The position numbers and the translations under genes were made by a program. Source: Octopus sinensis (lineage: Eukaryota). From it: a stretch of 64,000 nucleotides of DNA. Below, one piece after another: positions 39,429 to 53,026 of the stretch. Position 1 is the first letter of the stretch. Every line of letters begins with the position of its first letter. The stretch covers positions 93,310,001-93,374,000 of the forward strand of contig NC_043001.1 in the NCBI RefSeq assembly GCF_006345805.1, in the 5' to 3' direction. A model generated the notes under the pieces. The model searched no databases. It was given only the letters and a program-made list of their open reading frames with translations, and was not told the DNA's origin.

Positions 39429-39642
39429 TTAGAGATAAAACCACTATTAGGCAAATCAATTTTTCCCTGTAAGTTTGGATTTACTCCCTAATATTATTAT
39501 ATTATTATATATATATATTCCTAAAAAATGCATATACAACTTCAATACCCATACATATCTTGCATCTATTTTCTTTCCCCCACCTCACTCTCTATTTTGT
39601 ATCACATCTAAACTAACTATGACTTAACTATTCTCTCACACC

Positions 39643-39694
39643 GTCTCCGATGAAAGGATATAATTAATATATATCCTAGAAACAGCTGTAAGAC
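39643..39694 (+). ncRNA. Minimal type I hammerhead ribozyme motif (Penelope-like-element type)
   Basis: Stem I GTCT/AGAC; core CCGATGA (U4C); 8-bp stem II AGGATATA/TATATCCT with A.A opposition at its base; GAAAC; palindromic stem III ACAGCTGT; GTA cleavage triplet at 39688-39690. Confidence 0.65.
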
Positions 39695-41306
39695 CTATCT
39701 ATAAATGGTCTAATATCTACACACCCTTGTTTTTGTTATCTTATTACGCAAAAAATTCTGATATATATGCATATGTGAGCGTGTGTATGTACGTATGTGT
39801 GTATATATATATATGTATTTATATATGTATGTATGTTTGTATGCATGAATTTATGTATATGACGTTGGCCTCTCCTAAAATAGGAGTTGAAAACCACATT
39901 AGCCGCAAGTTATTGAACCAACTTTTACTTATATAGTATTATCGCTGCCTAGATCAGGGAGCTGATTCTACTCAGTGATATCTTGTTGCAGATGTGTGTT
40001 CTGGATTATTCGGGAGCTATACAGAACACCAACAACTCTAACTGCCAACCATTCAACGATTTTTTGCTGAAGAATTTGTTGATGTTGCTTTATGAGAAGT
40101 ATTTATAAATTGTAGTCTTCTATGTTACTAATCATGTTAGAACCGTATACATGAGAGATTTCTAATGTAATAATCTTTCGTCCATTAGAATTTACGTCTG
40201 ATCATAAAAAAATATTTCACAGTTCATTACATTTGTCATGTTTCTGCTGAAAAACCAGTAGAAGTCGTTACTTTTTTAGAAGTCTTTATCAATTTGAGCA
40301 AAATCTATTGTGTGACTGTAGTTACATCTATTTAAACTGGTGAGATACATTAATCATATTTTATATGTTTTTAGAAGACTCGTTATTCTATATACACATT
40401 GTTAACTGATTTTTGTGTGCAATATTTCAGAGAACATTGTCTCTGTTGAACGTTACTTCGTCTAGATAATATTTTTTTTCTAAAATTGTTCATTTTAAGT
40501 TTTTCAAATTGTATGTGCAAGAAGTATTCGTACTGTTTCCTGAAAAGTTCATGTATGTATATAATTTCGTTGTATAGGAATGCTACGTTTATTGCTTCCA
40601 AGACTACGAGTGATCTGAGAAACTGCTGTTATCGAGAAACAAATTCCATCAATATTTAACAAAACTGAACCAAACGTTGCGATTCTGATAAAATTGTTAT
40701 TTGTCGTATGACCAGTGATTTACAAGCCACCATTTATAAAATATATAAACAAACAAATAAATAGATAAATAAATACATAAATAAATAGAAAATCTGTCAG
40801 CGAAAAAGAATTCATATCCATCCGAAGGAAATAGTGTGCGACTCAAATACGGACTAATCCTTCTAACACACTCATACACAAAAACAGACGAACCTCCACA
40901 CACAGGTAAATACCTACAAACCAATGGCTATTCAGTTTTAAATATAATTACATTTACATTAACAATTCTGTCAATCATTCTGGAGTAAATAAATATTAGT
41001 TTGCGATTTAATTTTGTCCTAAAAATATTCTCTATTTCACTGTATATCTGGTTTATTTCGTTAACATTTATAAATACCTGGCATTCCAAAAATACGCCAT
41101 TCTCATTCTGTTGATTGGACAAGAATTGTTTGCATATATTTCTCATAACGTGTTTTTTGACTAAATCGTGTATCTCTCTTCACTCTTGTCAGCAATATAT
41201 TTATATAGTATTTCAGCTATTTAATTGTTAAATGCAAATCAACTCAGATATATCAAATATTATATTCTTCCAAACACGTATACGCACACGAACGCCACAC
41301 ATGTAT

Positions 41307-41343
<37 letters not shown>

Positions 41344-41563
41344 AGTGTGTGTGTGCTTGTGCGTAAACATACATTCATACATACTAATATACATACATAT
41401 ATATATATATATATGTATGTAAGTATATAATGTTCAACTCATATTACTTGACTTTGAGTACATACATACGTTATACAAACATGAACACAAATATACATCA
41501 CGCTGATTGTATATACGAAGTGCACAACCACGCATGCATGCACCCATATATGTGTGCACATAC

Positions 41564-41636
<73 letters not shown>

Positions 41637-41719
41637 GTATATATATATATGAATATATGCATGTATATATACATACATACATACATATATATATATGTAT
41701 GTATGTATATATATATGTG

Positions 41720-41781
<62 letters not shown>

Positions 41782-41932
41782 GCATTCAAGTTATTGAGCA
41801 TTTATCGTTGACTTAATGTATCTATCATTTATCTATATTTACATGTGTGTATGAGTGTACATGAATATATACATGCATACATACATATATACATACACAC
41901 TCATATATATATACACACATATATATATATAT

Positions 41933-41976
<44 letters not shown>

Positions 41977-43043
41977 AAGAGTGATACTAGAAAAGAGAGT
42001 GCGGGAGATATTGGGCAAGAGTTGTCATAGATAAATTAAGAGATATCTAAATAAAGGATATGATATATTTCTCTCATGAATCATTTTTCTTCTCTCAAAT
42101 TAATCATTTCCGTTGATGGCGGTATGAATTTTCAATTTCCCCAGCATTACAACCGCCTCAGCAATTGCTGAAGCAACAAGAACACAACTTTCTCTGCGAT
42201 AATTTATTGTCTGTATATCATAACACCTGAGATAATTTCAATTTTCATGTCCACCCCTCCTCGATGAACATACACACATACACATACATACATACATACA
42301 TACATACATACATACATACATACATACATACATACATGCATCCATACATACATGCATACATACGTAAATACATACATAAATACTTGCATGCATGTGTACA
42401 TACATGCATAATGTATATATGTATGCTTGTTCGTATCCATGTATAGTTTTGATGTTTATGTAACCAAATATGAGATCAGCTTCTGATTTCAATGTGGAAA
42501 TGCTTTCTTATGGTTCACTCACCAATCATCCACAAAGTAGCATTTAGCTTCCACCGTCTCGTTTTCTGTCTCCTAGAAACTCTATGAAATAACTACGGGG
42601 TATTCGTTCCTGTGAAATCCAGCATTGCATTATACTTTCGGTTCATACTGTAAATTATCGCACTAAGCTATCTTTAATATATTTGATGAAATATGATCTT
42701 ACCAACTTCTTTACATATGACATTACACAGGGAAAAGAGGAATATTTCTTCTCAAGACATGACGTAAACTCATATTTTTCTTGTTTCTCTTGCGTAAAGT
42801 GTGTTTTGTAACACGAATAACTAAATATCTGTCCTAACCCGCGGCCGTGTTTTAATCGAAGGGCAGTTAGTTTTCAAAGAGAGCTAAAACATCTCTTTGA
42901 AGTTACCAACTGCAAATGTGCTCTTGCCAGTAGAATTCTTTGAGCTGGGTATATACACTGAGCTGGGTGTATACACTGGGTTTCTAGCTAGCTATCTCAA
43001 TCAATAAGATTCATTAAAAAAATATACAATTACTTACATTCAT

Positions 43044-43236
<193 letters not shown>

Positions 43237-43350
43237 CATATGTATATTTATGCATATGTATGTTTGTGTGTGTATATGAAGGCGCGTGGCTTTGTCGTTC
43301 CTCTACGATCGTACGAATATATAGCGAATAAATAGCGCCAATCTTCTGTT

Positions 43351-43385
<35 letters not shown>

Positions 43386-43460
43386 CATACCAGAGGAAGC
43401 ACATAAATGCGAAACAAGGTGGAAAAAATGGTACTCGAAACGCACAGGTTGAGTAATATG

Positions 43461-43624
43461 CTTTATTAGAAAGCAGCAAAAATATCATAAAAACTGTTAC
43501 TCAGAATTTCCCGATCCCGTTTGTCGGACAGTTTGTTTAGATTCTAAACAAAACTATCCGACGAACGGGAACTTGAAACTCTGAGTAACAGTTTTTGTGA
43601 TATTTTTGCTGCTTTTTAATAAAG
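43461..43624. mobile_element. 164-bp imperfect palindrome made of two inverted hammerhead-bearing repeat ends (Penelope-like inverted terminal structure)
   Basis: Arms 43461-43540 and 43544-43624 are reverse complements with scattered mismatches and a 3-nt centre. Right arm: AAAACTAT-CCGACGA-ACG(GGAA)CTT-GAAAC-TCTGA-GTA-ACAGTTTT. Confidence 0.75.
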
Positions 43625-43988
43625 TATATATAATAGCATGGACACAGCTCGTGAGCTGAAACTAGATGAAATAAAATACATAATATATATATACCTGTAT
43701 GCATATATACATACATACCGATGTATGTTTGGACAGTTTGATATTGTTTTATATAGATTATACAAAATGTTGCTTCACTTAACGTGTTTTAAGTGTCACT
43801 GTTTCATTCAGAGGCTGTGCCTATGTAAAATTAGTATTGTCAGCATTAGGAACTATAATCTTTTTACACCTGCGTAAAACAGTTTTATAACGCACCTTGT
43901 TATGAATTCTGTCTAAATGTACAAAACAATAACGAGCTTTAAAGTATAATAATAATAATAATAAATAATAATAATAATAATAATAATA

Positions 43989-44019
<31 letters not shown>

Positions 44020-44028
44020 AATAATAAG

Positions 44029-44680
44029 GCATTATAAAATCAAATGGCATTATAAAATCATAAAGCATTATAAAATCAAAACCGCTGACTAATGGTATAA
44101 ACACCACCCTGAAGCTGTGACTGAGGGAGAAAATGTGTCGATTCTCTGGGACTTCCCCGTACATACCGACAAGTGTATAAAAGCTAATAAACCGGATATT
44201 ATCATAAAAGATCAGACAAAAAGGATGTGTTTATTAATTGACATGAGTATTCCTTGCAATTACTATATAGCGGCGAAAGAATTTGACAAGATCAGTAAAT
44301 ATAAAGACCTGCTAATAGAAACTGAAAAAATATGGCATCTCAAGGCGACTACAGTACCAGTGATTGTAGGATCTCTAGGAATGATAAAAAAAAGGTACTG
44401 AAACCTATTTGAAAACGATGAGAGGCTTATCATCCCTACAGGAAGTGCAAAAAATCGTGTCAACTGGAACGGCTCATGTACTGAGAAAAGCATTATCGCT
44501 GTGAAAACAACTTCCACTCATGAATTTATTTAATTATTAGTTTTTTTAAATGCATATTTTACCTGTAAATTTGCGTGTGTAATCTGGGAATGCATACAAT
44601 GAGCTTCTCTGTACTAGATGTACGGAAAGCACTCGGTGAGAAACGGAAGAAAATTTGAAGAAAGAAGGAAAAAAAAAAAA
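44029..44680 (+). mobile_element. 5'-truncated R4/Dong-like non-LTR retrotransposon (endonuclease region and 3' UTR)
   Basis: WYKHHPEAVTEGENVSILWDFPVHTDKCIKANKPDIIIKD..IDMSIP..KEFDKISKYKDLLIETEKIWHLKATTVPVIVGSLGMIKK, frameshift, then LQEVQKIVSTGTAHVLRKALSL*. PD..D..K endonuclease motif present; follows (TAA)n. Confidence 0.9.
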
Positions 44681-45462
44681 TTAATCTTACTAAAGCTATT
44701 ATCTTGATTGGCTAGTCCTGGTCATGCGGATCTATTGTCAAAGACATTCCAGCCACTACCACATCTTTCAGATATGACTTTCCTTTTCATTAGTACGATA
44801 GAGATTTGGCAATTATTTCTAGCAAAAGTTATTTCTAGTAAAAATACAGAGCATCCCTCGATAGCAGGATTACTCGATTACTGACACTAATGGTCTCATA
44901 GGCAAGCATGAAATCATATTCTCTCTATGAAAAATTCAAACCTCGATCGTAAGTAAAATGCTATTAAAAATAAAATGTTTTTGCATTAACAATACCGAGT
45001 TGTTGGCAAGAATTGGCGATTATTATAGATAAGATCAATTAGACTACATTTTTCTTACTTTTTTTTCTTATAACAGATACTTGGGTCGTCTTCTCTTGAA
45101 TTTTACATTTAGACTCATATTACATACAACGCTGTTATAGTGAAATATATAATTATGTGGTACATATACAGAGCTAAGTACATTACTGCTTGGTAACTTT
45201 GTGTATTAGCTATTGACACATCACTGCGCAAGTAACGTGATACAAATTCCAGACATTACATTAGTTATTAGCAACTCGTTATATTATCTTACTTTATCGA
45301 ATGCAGTCACGATACAAGGAGGAAACTAGCAAGGTATCAATTCATACATATACACAGATTTTTAAGATTTTAGATGTTAACCAGCCAAAATGAATTTCTT
45401 CTTCTTCTTCTTCTTCTTCTTCGTAGTAGTAGTAGTAGTAGTAGTAGTAGTATATAATTATA

Positions 45463-45524
<62 letters not shown>

Positions 45525-45602
45525 TATAATTATAATTATTGTTAATTTCAGGATCATGTGTAAACACTTGTTTCGAAGACACGTTTTCAATAAGTAACGA
45601 AT

Positions 45603-45785
45603 TTTTTTTCTTTATTGCCCACAGGGGGCTAAACATAGAGGAGACAAACAAGGACAAAGGGATTAAGTCGATTACATCGACCCCGATACGTAACTGGTAC
45701 TTATTTAATCGACCTCGAAAGGATGAAAGGCAAAGTCCACCTCGGCGGAATTCGAACTCAGAACGTAACGGTAGACGAAATACGA
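45603..45785 (-). mobile_element. 5'-truncated family A SINE
   Basis: TTTCTTTATTGCCCACAGGGGGCTAAAC..AACTGGTACTTATTTAATCGACC..GAACTCAGAACGTAACGGTAGACGAAATAC. Confidence 0.85.
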
Positions 45786-47325
45786 GAGAGCCCGTACATG
45801 GTCACAAACCTGATAGAAAGCAGCTAAATTCATCCTAGTTGATAAAGAAAACGATTGGTAATGTTCTACAGATGTGCCCAAAAAGATGGGGTTGGTCGGC
45901 TCAAACATGGTTGATCTGGGACTAAACAACTCCAGTTTATGATATGATGAAAGCAACATAAATGCAAAGTTGTGCAATAAACAGAATTGCTTTCCTTTTA
46001 TACTAGTGGGTGTATGACACAATATATTACTGATTACTTTTCTTTGCCTCTATAAATTAGTTCTGTCTTCGCTCTACATTCTCCTTTGCTGACGTTAATA
46101 CTTTAGTTTTATTACATGCCATTTATAAAGAAAATACCGCTCTCTTATGTTAGTTAATTGAACATGACACGCTTGCCTGATTTTCCTTTCGATAGATGAT
46201 GCTAAGAAACTTTTATAGTGGTTTCAGCAAATTAAAGTTTTTAATCGAACGTAATTATTCATTTTTATAATAAAGTTAAAGATAAACATAAATATACAAA
46301 TAAATAATGAATAAATAATATTTCTTATCTTTCTATTTAAAAAGGAAGAGAAGGAATAAAAAATTCAGCTTGAAGTTTGGCAATTTAACTTTATGTTTTG
46401 TTTTGTTTTACCTTTCTGCCGTTATAATGGGGCACTGATCTTAAAAGTTTATAACAAATTTAAAATAAAAGACAAATACATTAAAATCTTTAAGTACATT
46501 AAAATCTTTATCTATATTCTTATATTGCATCTTGAAGCTGAGCTGTGAAATAAAACGTTAATTTTATAAGAAAAATTATTAATGCAAAATGTATAATAAA
46601 ATCTGTCGAGGTGAGATTAGAAATCAAACTAAAATTTTCAAATTTTTAAGCATAAAAATACACTACATTGTATTTTGACATAAAATGAAATATATATATA
46701 TTATAAATCATTAAAATCAAATTCCACCAAGGTTGACTTTGCCTGTCATCCTTCGGGGTCGATAAAATAAAGTACCATTTGAATACTAGGGTCGATGTAA
46801 TCGACTGTTCCTTTCCCCTCAGGCTTTGTGACTAAGGTTGAGAAGAAAAATATGTTATAAATCATTAAGAGATGCGATTTTGTGAGGTTCATGACCTTCC
46901 GAAGTTCATTAATTTGAATTTGCATTAATCGATCACGGAAACATAGAGGAAATCTCGAATAAGATTTTACTGTATATGAGAACAGAGATATAAAATCTTT
47001 GTTTTGTTGGGGATGGGTGAAGTTGGCTAAATGAAAATTCAGTGAATTGTAAGAATTGAACGAAGAAAAGAGAGTAAACCGAAAACTGATAATAGTAGAA
47101 TAGAAATATTAAAATTTCTAAGTCTCTCTAAAGGAGACTACGGCAGCGGTACTGGAAATTAACAGTTCGCCAAGCTAATATGGCTGCCCATAAATATACG
47201 ACGGAAGCTGCCTTTGATTAGCTTCAAGAGGCCATCGCCTCTAGCTAGTTATATGACACACGAACCTGTGTCCATTATAGCCTTCGAACAGGGGAGGTCA
47301 GCCGCTTCCCCTTGCTGGTCAGGCA

Positions 47326-47368
47326 TCTGTAGACATGTTTCAGGGTATTTGCCCTTTATCAATGCAGA
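47326..47368 (-). ncRNA. Type I hammerhead ribozyme candidate with U3-A8 compensatory core, inside a structured block (47204-47449)
   Basis: Minus strand: TCTGCA-TTGATAA-AGGG(CAAATA)CCCT-GAAAC-AT-GTC-TACAGA. Stem I extends through GGC/GCC, CCTGCTGGT/ACCAGCAAGG, GGTTAG/CTGACC and CCTTCGAACAG/CTGTTCGAAGG. Confidence 0.65.
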
Positions 47369-48163
47369 GTAGCCAAAACCAGCAGGCGTCGCTACTAACC
47401 ATCTGTTCGAAGGATTATTTACCTAATTTCAGTGGAATACATCCACTGGTTTTCGAAAATAGAAAATTTGATAATAGTAGAACTTGAATTTTAAACAGAA
47501 AATTTAGAGGCAACCCACATACAATGGGCTGTTCTTAAATTTTCCAAATTCTATCATTTACCGAAGGGACAAAAGCAAGGCTCAGGCAGGCGAGAGTTGA
47601 GCTCAGAAAATAAAGGAACATAATTAGATGCCGTTATATAATATATTTCTCGTTCTATTGTTGTAATCAACTTACTGTTTTATTTTATGTTGATAAAATA
47701 TATACAATTCTATGTGGAATTATATTAGAATGGTATAATCACTCCTTTTATAAACAAAACGATAAGGGTTTTCCTTAATAAGTCGCAAATATGATGTGAG
47801 GATCCAGACATAAACATTAAAAGATAGATATAAATTTAGAGACAGAGCGAGAATGAAAGAGAATGGGAAAGAAAGGAAACGAGAATAGTAGAGTAAAAGA
47901 GAGAGCGGTGAACTGATTATAAAAACAAATAAGTTCATTTGCGAATACTGAAAGCTAAATCAATTACTAACAGAAATACAGAGAAACAAAGTTAGACAGA
48001 AGACGACTATAGACAGACAGAAATATAAATGAATATTCATAAAGAATCTGAAAGACCAATATATAAAAGTGAGTGATTATGATGTACAACGTGGTAAATG
48101 TACAGAAGAGTTAACTAACTATAAAGATGGATGGATATACACACACAGGAACACACACACACA

Positions 48164-48207
<44 letters not shown>

Positions 48208-48687
48208 CACACACACAAACGTGTGCATATGTATGTATTCCAGCCAATGCATACATTCATTCATACATACATATATGCATACGCACATACATAATTAAAC
48301 TGGCACATACATATAAATATACGAACATACGCTCATACATGCATGTATGTATATATGATGTGCATACACAAAAATCCTTATATAATTGTATGTGAGAGTG
48401 TATATTTGTCTATCTCCCTCTCTATCTCTCACATAAAATATTATATGTAACATGTGTGTGTAAATACATACATAAATACATACATACATACATACATACA
48501 TACATACATACATACAGTGAAACAGACAGACAGACCTAGTGATGTCATGATACGAATACATTAATTTAAATATGGAAGAAAATAACGAATTTAAAATAGT
48601 TTATAGACACTGACGTTATTACAATAACAGCCAAAGTGATAATAACGATAAATAAATGAAATAAATATAAAACTCGAATGTATATTT

Positions 48688-49110
48688 TATCTCGACTGTA
48701 TTTCAATCATTGAACTGTGGCTATGCTGGGGCACCGACTTGAAGTAGTTGTTTTTATTTGAACAGATCTAACCTAGCGCTCATTGTTTGGTACTAACACG
48801 TATTATCTCTGTTACTTTACTGAACGGCTGAGTTACGAGGGCGTAGCAAACCAACACCGGTAATGAAGCTGGTGGTAGGTGCAAAGACGGACAGACAGAA
48901 AGACAGACAGATACATACACACACGTACACATACGCATACGCAACACACACATATATTCCTATATGACAGGCTTTCACAGTCTCCGTCTACAAAATTCAT
49001 TCGGTAGCCAATAGCCTGCACAGCGTTACAGTAGGAGATACTTGCCCAAGGTGCTGCACAATGGGACTCAATCCGAAACTACATGCTTGCAAAGCAAGTT
49101 TCTAAACCAA
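48688..49110 (-). mobile_element. Diverged family B-related SINE
   Basis: GTGGCTATGCTGGGGCACCG tail and ACTTGCCCAAGGTGCTGCACAATGGGACTCAATCC head region. Confidence 0.75.
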
Positions 49111-49737
49111 TTTCTAATTTGTCGTATATTAGAATAAAGATGTTCAAATTTCTGATAAACAAAGTATACATCTTAGGGTGCCGTTAAGAAAGTTTCTTTT
49201 CTTTCTGAAATTGAATGTATGACACGTTTTAAAGTATCATGAAGTTCTGTTTTGCTAGTCAAAATGTCTGAAGTGTGATGCGTAATGAGGTTCAGTAATA
49301 TATGAATAACAAAACCGACGCTCACATTACATAAGTGTATATCTGAAACACATTTGATAGTATGTGATATAGGCGCCATTGTATTGAGGTGATAGGTTTA
49401 GATACGTCTATATGAAGGAGTTCTGTTGCTGATCCTTCTTGTATCAGTACATAGATATTTAGATTGTGCTTACAATTTCGTCGTAGTAGAGTCATATGAA
49501 CTTTAAAAGGCATTTATATTCACGTTTCTTTTATTACTTTTACGCAATCATATTATATACACTAAGATATGAAGATACTTTCTCATAGATATACAAACTA
49601 GACATTAATACGATATTTTATTGTATTTATTCTAAGTGAGATTGTATAGAACGAAAAACTTATGATAAACAAAAGGAAATTTTACTGTGTATTTGATTTA
49701 ACGGTGAACAGGCCTCTCTATGTAAGCAATTGTTAGC

Positions 49738-49776
<39 letters not shown>

Positions 49777-49958
49777 ATTATATATATACTATGTTTGTGT
49801 GTGTGTATCTAAATATTTGTATAAGTTTGAAAGAGAGTTGTGCACCCTAATGGAGTTCAGAAGAAAATGGAGATTGCGTTTGTGTCCATGTTTCATTATT
49901 TAATAAAGAACTTCCATAAAAAACACAGCAAATAGATATTAAAACTGTAAAAACAAAT

Positions 49959-50015
<57 letters not shown>

Positions 50016-50141
50016 CTATCTAATATACAGTATTGCTACAACATACAATGTTGAAGTAGTATCACTCTCTTTCTCTCTCTCTCTCTCTCTCAGACGCACA
50101 CAGAGGAATATTCATACATTTAATCATATATACATACATAC

Positions 50142-50178
<37 letters not shown>

Positions 50179-50661
50179 CTTGTATATCAATGTCATATAA
50201 TTGTATGTTCTAAAAATAACTACATTTCTTTGGCAACTTGTTCCTTTCTTCTCGAACATACAGCAATTTTCGTGGTGTATCAATTTGTTTTGACAACTGA
50301 GCTAAGAATATTCGATTAAAATTTAATATAATTTTAGAATTTGCACGAAGAGCGTAATTTATAAGTTTCTCAGTGAAGAATTTATAGTCGTTGTCTTATT
50401 CTTGAACTTGTAGCTGCCGTTGTTGTTGTTGTTGTTGTTGTTGTAGTTATTTTAATATCTACTCAACTATTCATTTTGCTTTTGTCTGCGACTCCATCAA
50501 AGAAGGCTCCATAAATATGTTATCGTGCCTTAGCTATAACTGTATCTTTCGTGTTCTTCAATTAAAGAGTATTGTTGATCAAGGGCGTCAATTCTAGTGA
50601 CATTTAAATGACAAGAACAGGAAAAACCAAACTGCATTAATAATAATGATATTACTACTGC

Positions 50662-50709
<48 letters not shown>

Positions 50710-51112
50710 CATTATTATTATTATTATTATTATTATTGTTATTGTTATTATTATTGTTGTTGTTATTATTATAATAATCATTATTATTATTATGGATAAA
50801 AATAATGATGATGATGATGACGATGATATTGATGATAACAACAACAACAATAATAATGATAATAAACCATCATCATATGATGTCAGATACTTTTTTTTTT
50901 AAATTCACATTTACTCTTTCCAGTGAACTATTCTTAGAATATTAGATATATCTGTGCACTTAGTGGAAACATAATAGCAGTTTTTTTTTTCAAAAGTGAA
51001 CTACCGTTCGATAACATTATATATATATATGTGCGTGTGTGTGTGTGTGCGTGCAGGCGTGAGTACATATACATATATATATATATATACATATATATAC
51101 ACATACACATAC

Positions 51113-51148
<36 letters not shown>

Positions 51149-51469
51149 GTGTATATATATTGCTGCTAAGTAATTTTAACTTGATCAGGTAAAGATATCC
51201 ATCCACCCAAATAGCTACACAATTCATGACCACTCTTCGTCATGTAAACCACTTTATTAGACACTGTTCAACTCTGTCTTTTGTGGCTCCTTCTCTTTCT
51301 CTCTCTTTGAATATACATACATACATACATATATGGCAAATATATATATATATATCTAGATATATATATATATATATTATATATATATATAATATATATA
51401 CATACATACATACATACGCACACACACATATCATATATATTATATATATACAGAGAGAGATAAATATGC

Positions 51470-51507
<38 letters not shown>

Positions 51508-51708
51508 TATATACACGCAAATGTGTACGTCTGACGAGATGTATATGTATTTATAACTTTAGTTGGTAATGCTTTACAATAATGTCTCTAATTTCTTTCT
51601 CTCCGTCTACTCGAATAGTTTTCTATTTGCCATAATACATCATGACATAATATAATAATTATATATTACGATACAATATAATATAGTAAAAGAACATGTT
51701 ATACACAC

Positions 51709-51743
<35 letters not shown>

Positions 51744-52039
51744 TGTATATATACATATATATATATATGTATGATTGTGTATGTACTTCATATATACATG
51801 TGTATATATATATACATATACATATGTGTGTGTGTGTATATATATGTCTACATACACGTTTAAGTTCATCTTTAATATACTATATTTTGTTTTATTGATT
51901 ATTTGTGCTTGCATATGAATCACATATTTTCATGTAGGTATCAGTTATTCCTGTTGATGCCGTTCTGCCCTGGTCAGCTCAGACCAAACGTACTTATGTT
52001 CGAATGTTTTCAATCCGGTACTGCTCTCTCTTTGTTATT

Positions 52040-52366
52040 GGGGTTGCTCAGTGGTTAGAGCGTCGAACTTACGATCGTGAGGTCGTGAGCTCGAATCCCG
52101 GACCGGGCTGCGTGTTGTGTTCTTAAGCAAGACACTTTATTTCACGTTGCTCCAGTTCACTCAGCTGTAGAAATGAGTTGTGATGTCACAGGTGCCAAGC
52201 TGTATCGGCCCTTGCCTTTCCCTTGGACAACATCGGTGGCGTGGAGAGGGGAGGCCGGTATGCATGGGCGACTGCTGGTCTTCCATAAAAAACAACCTTG
52301 CCCAGACTTGTGCCTCGGAGGGTAACTCTCTAAGTGCAAACCCATGGTCAGTGTCTGACCGAAGGG
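52040..52366 (+). mobile_element. tRNA-derived CORE-type SINE, family D
   Basis: A box GTTGCTCAGTGGTTAG, B box GCTCGAATCCC, then CAAGACACTTTATTTCACGTTGCTCCAGTTCACTCAGCTGTAGAAATGAG, which resembles the CORE domain. Confidence 0.75.
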
Positions 52367-52943
52367 TGTCATCATGTCACCATGCCATGTATAACTGTGA
52401 TAGTTAGAAGGACATCATTTCCCGATCACTTCATTTCTCAAGACAGAAATTGTGCATCGAATATCTTGTTGGTATTTATCGCATGATAGGTGAGGCTGGT
52501 CACAACCAGTCGCGTTTCTTTGATCTTATATACCTAAATTCCATTCTGCGCAGTGAATGAAGAAAAGATCGTTGGCGTTGCTGCAGAGATTGCAGAGTAG
52601 AGAACATTATATTTAATTTACTGGTTCTGAATCTTACACAGAGAAAACTATGTTAATTGAACGATAGCATTCTAATATTTAGCTGATCAATTGTCGTGCT
52701 GTGTTTGAAGTGAGCACGCTTCTTCAATTATTAAGCGGTAAAACATCTCCAGGTAGAGAAACGGTTTTAGTAAATTAACATTACGTTCAATAAGTGCATA
52801 GAGAATACTTCACCGCCAGTGGAGGAATGAAAGGAAGGAATACATACATACACACACATACCAACATATATACACAAACATATATACATATTATATATAT
52901 ATATTATATATATATATATAATATATACATATGTATTTTTCCG

Positions 52944-52975
<32 letters not shown>

Positions 52976-52986
52976 ATATTTATATA

Positions 52987-53026
<40 letters not shown>

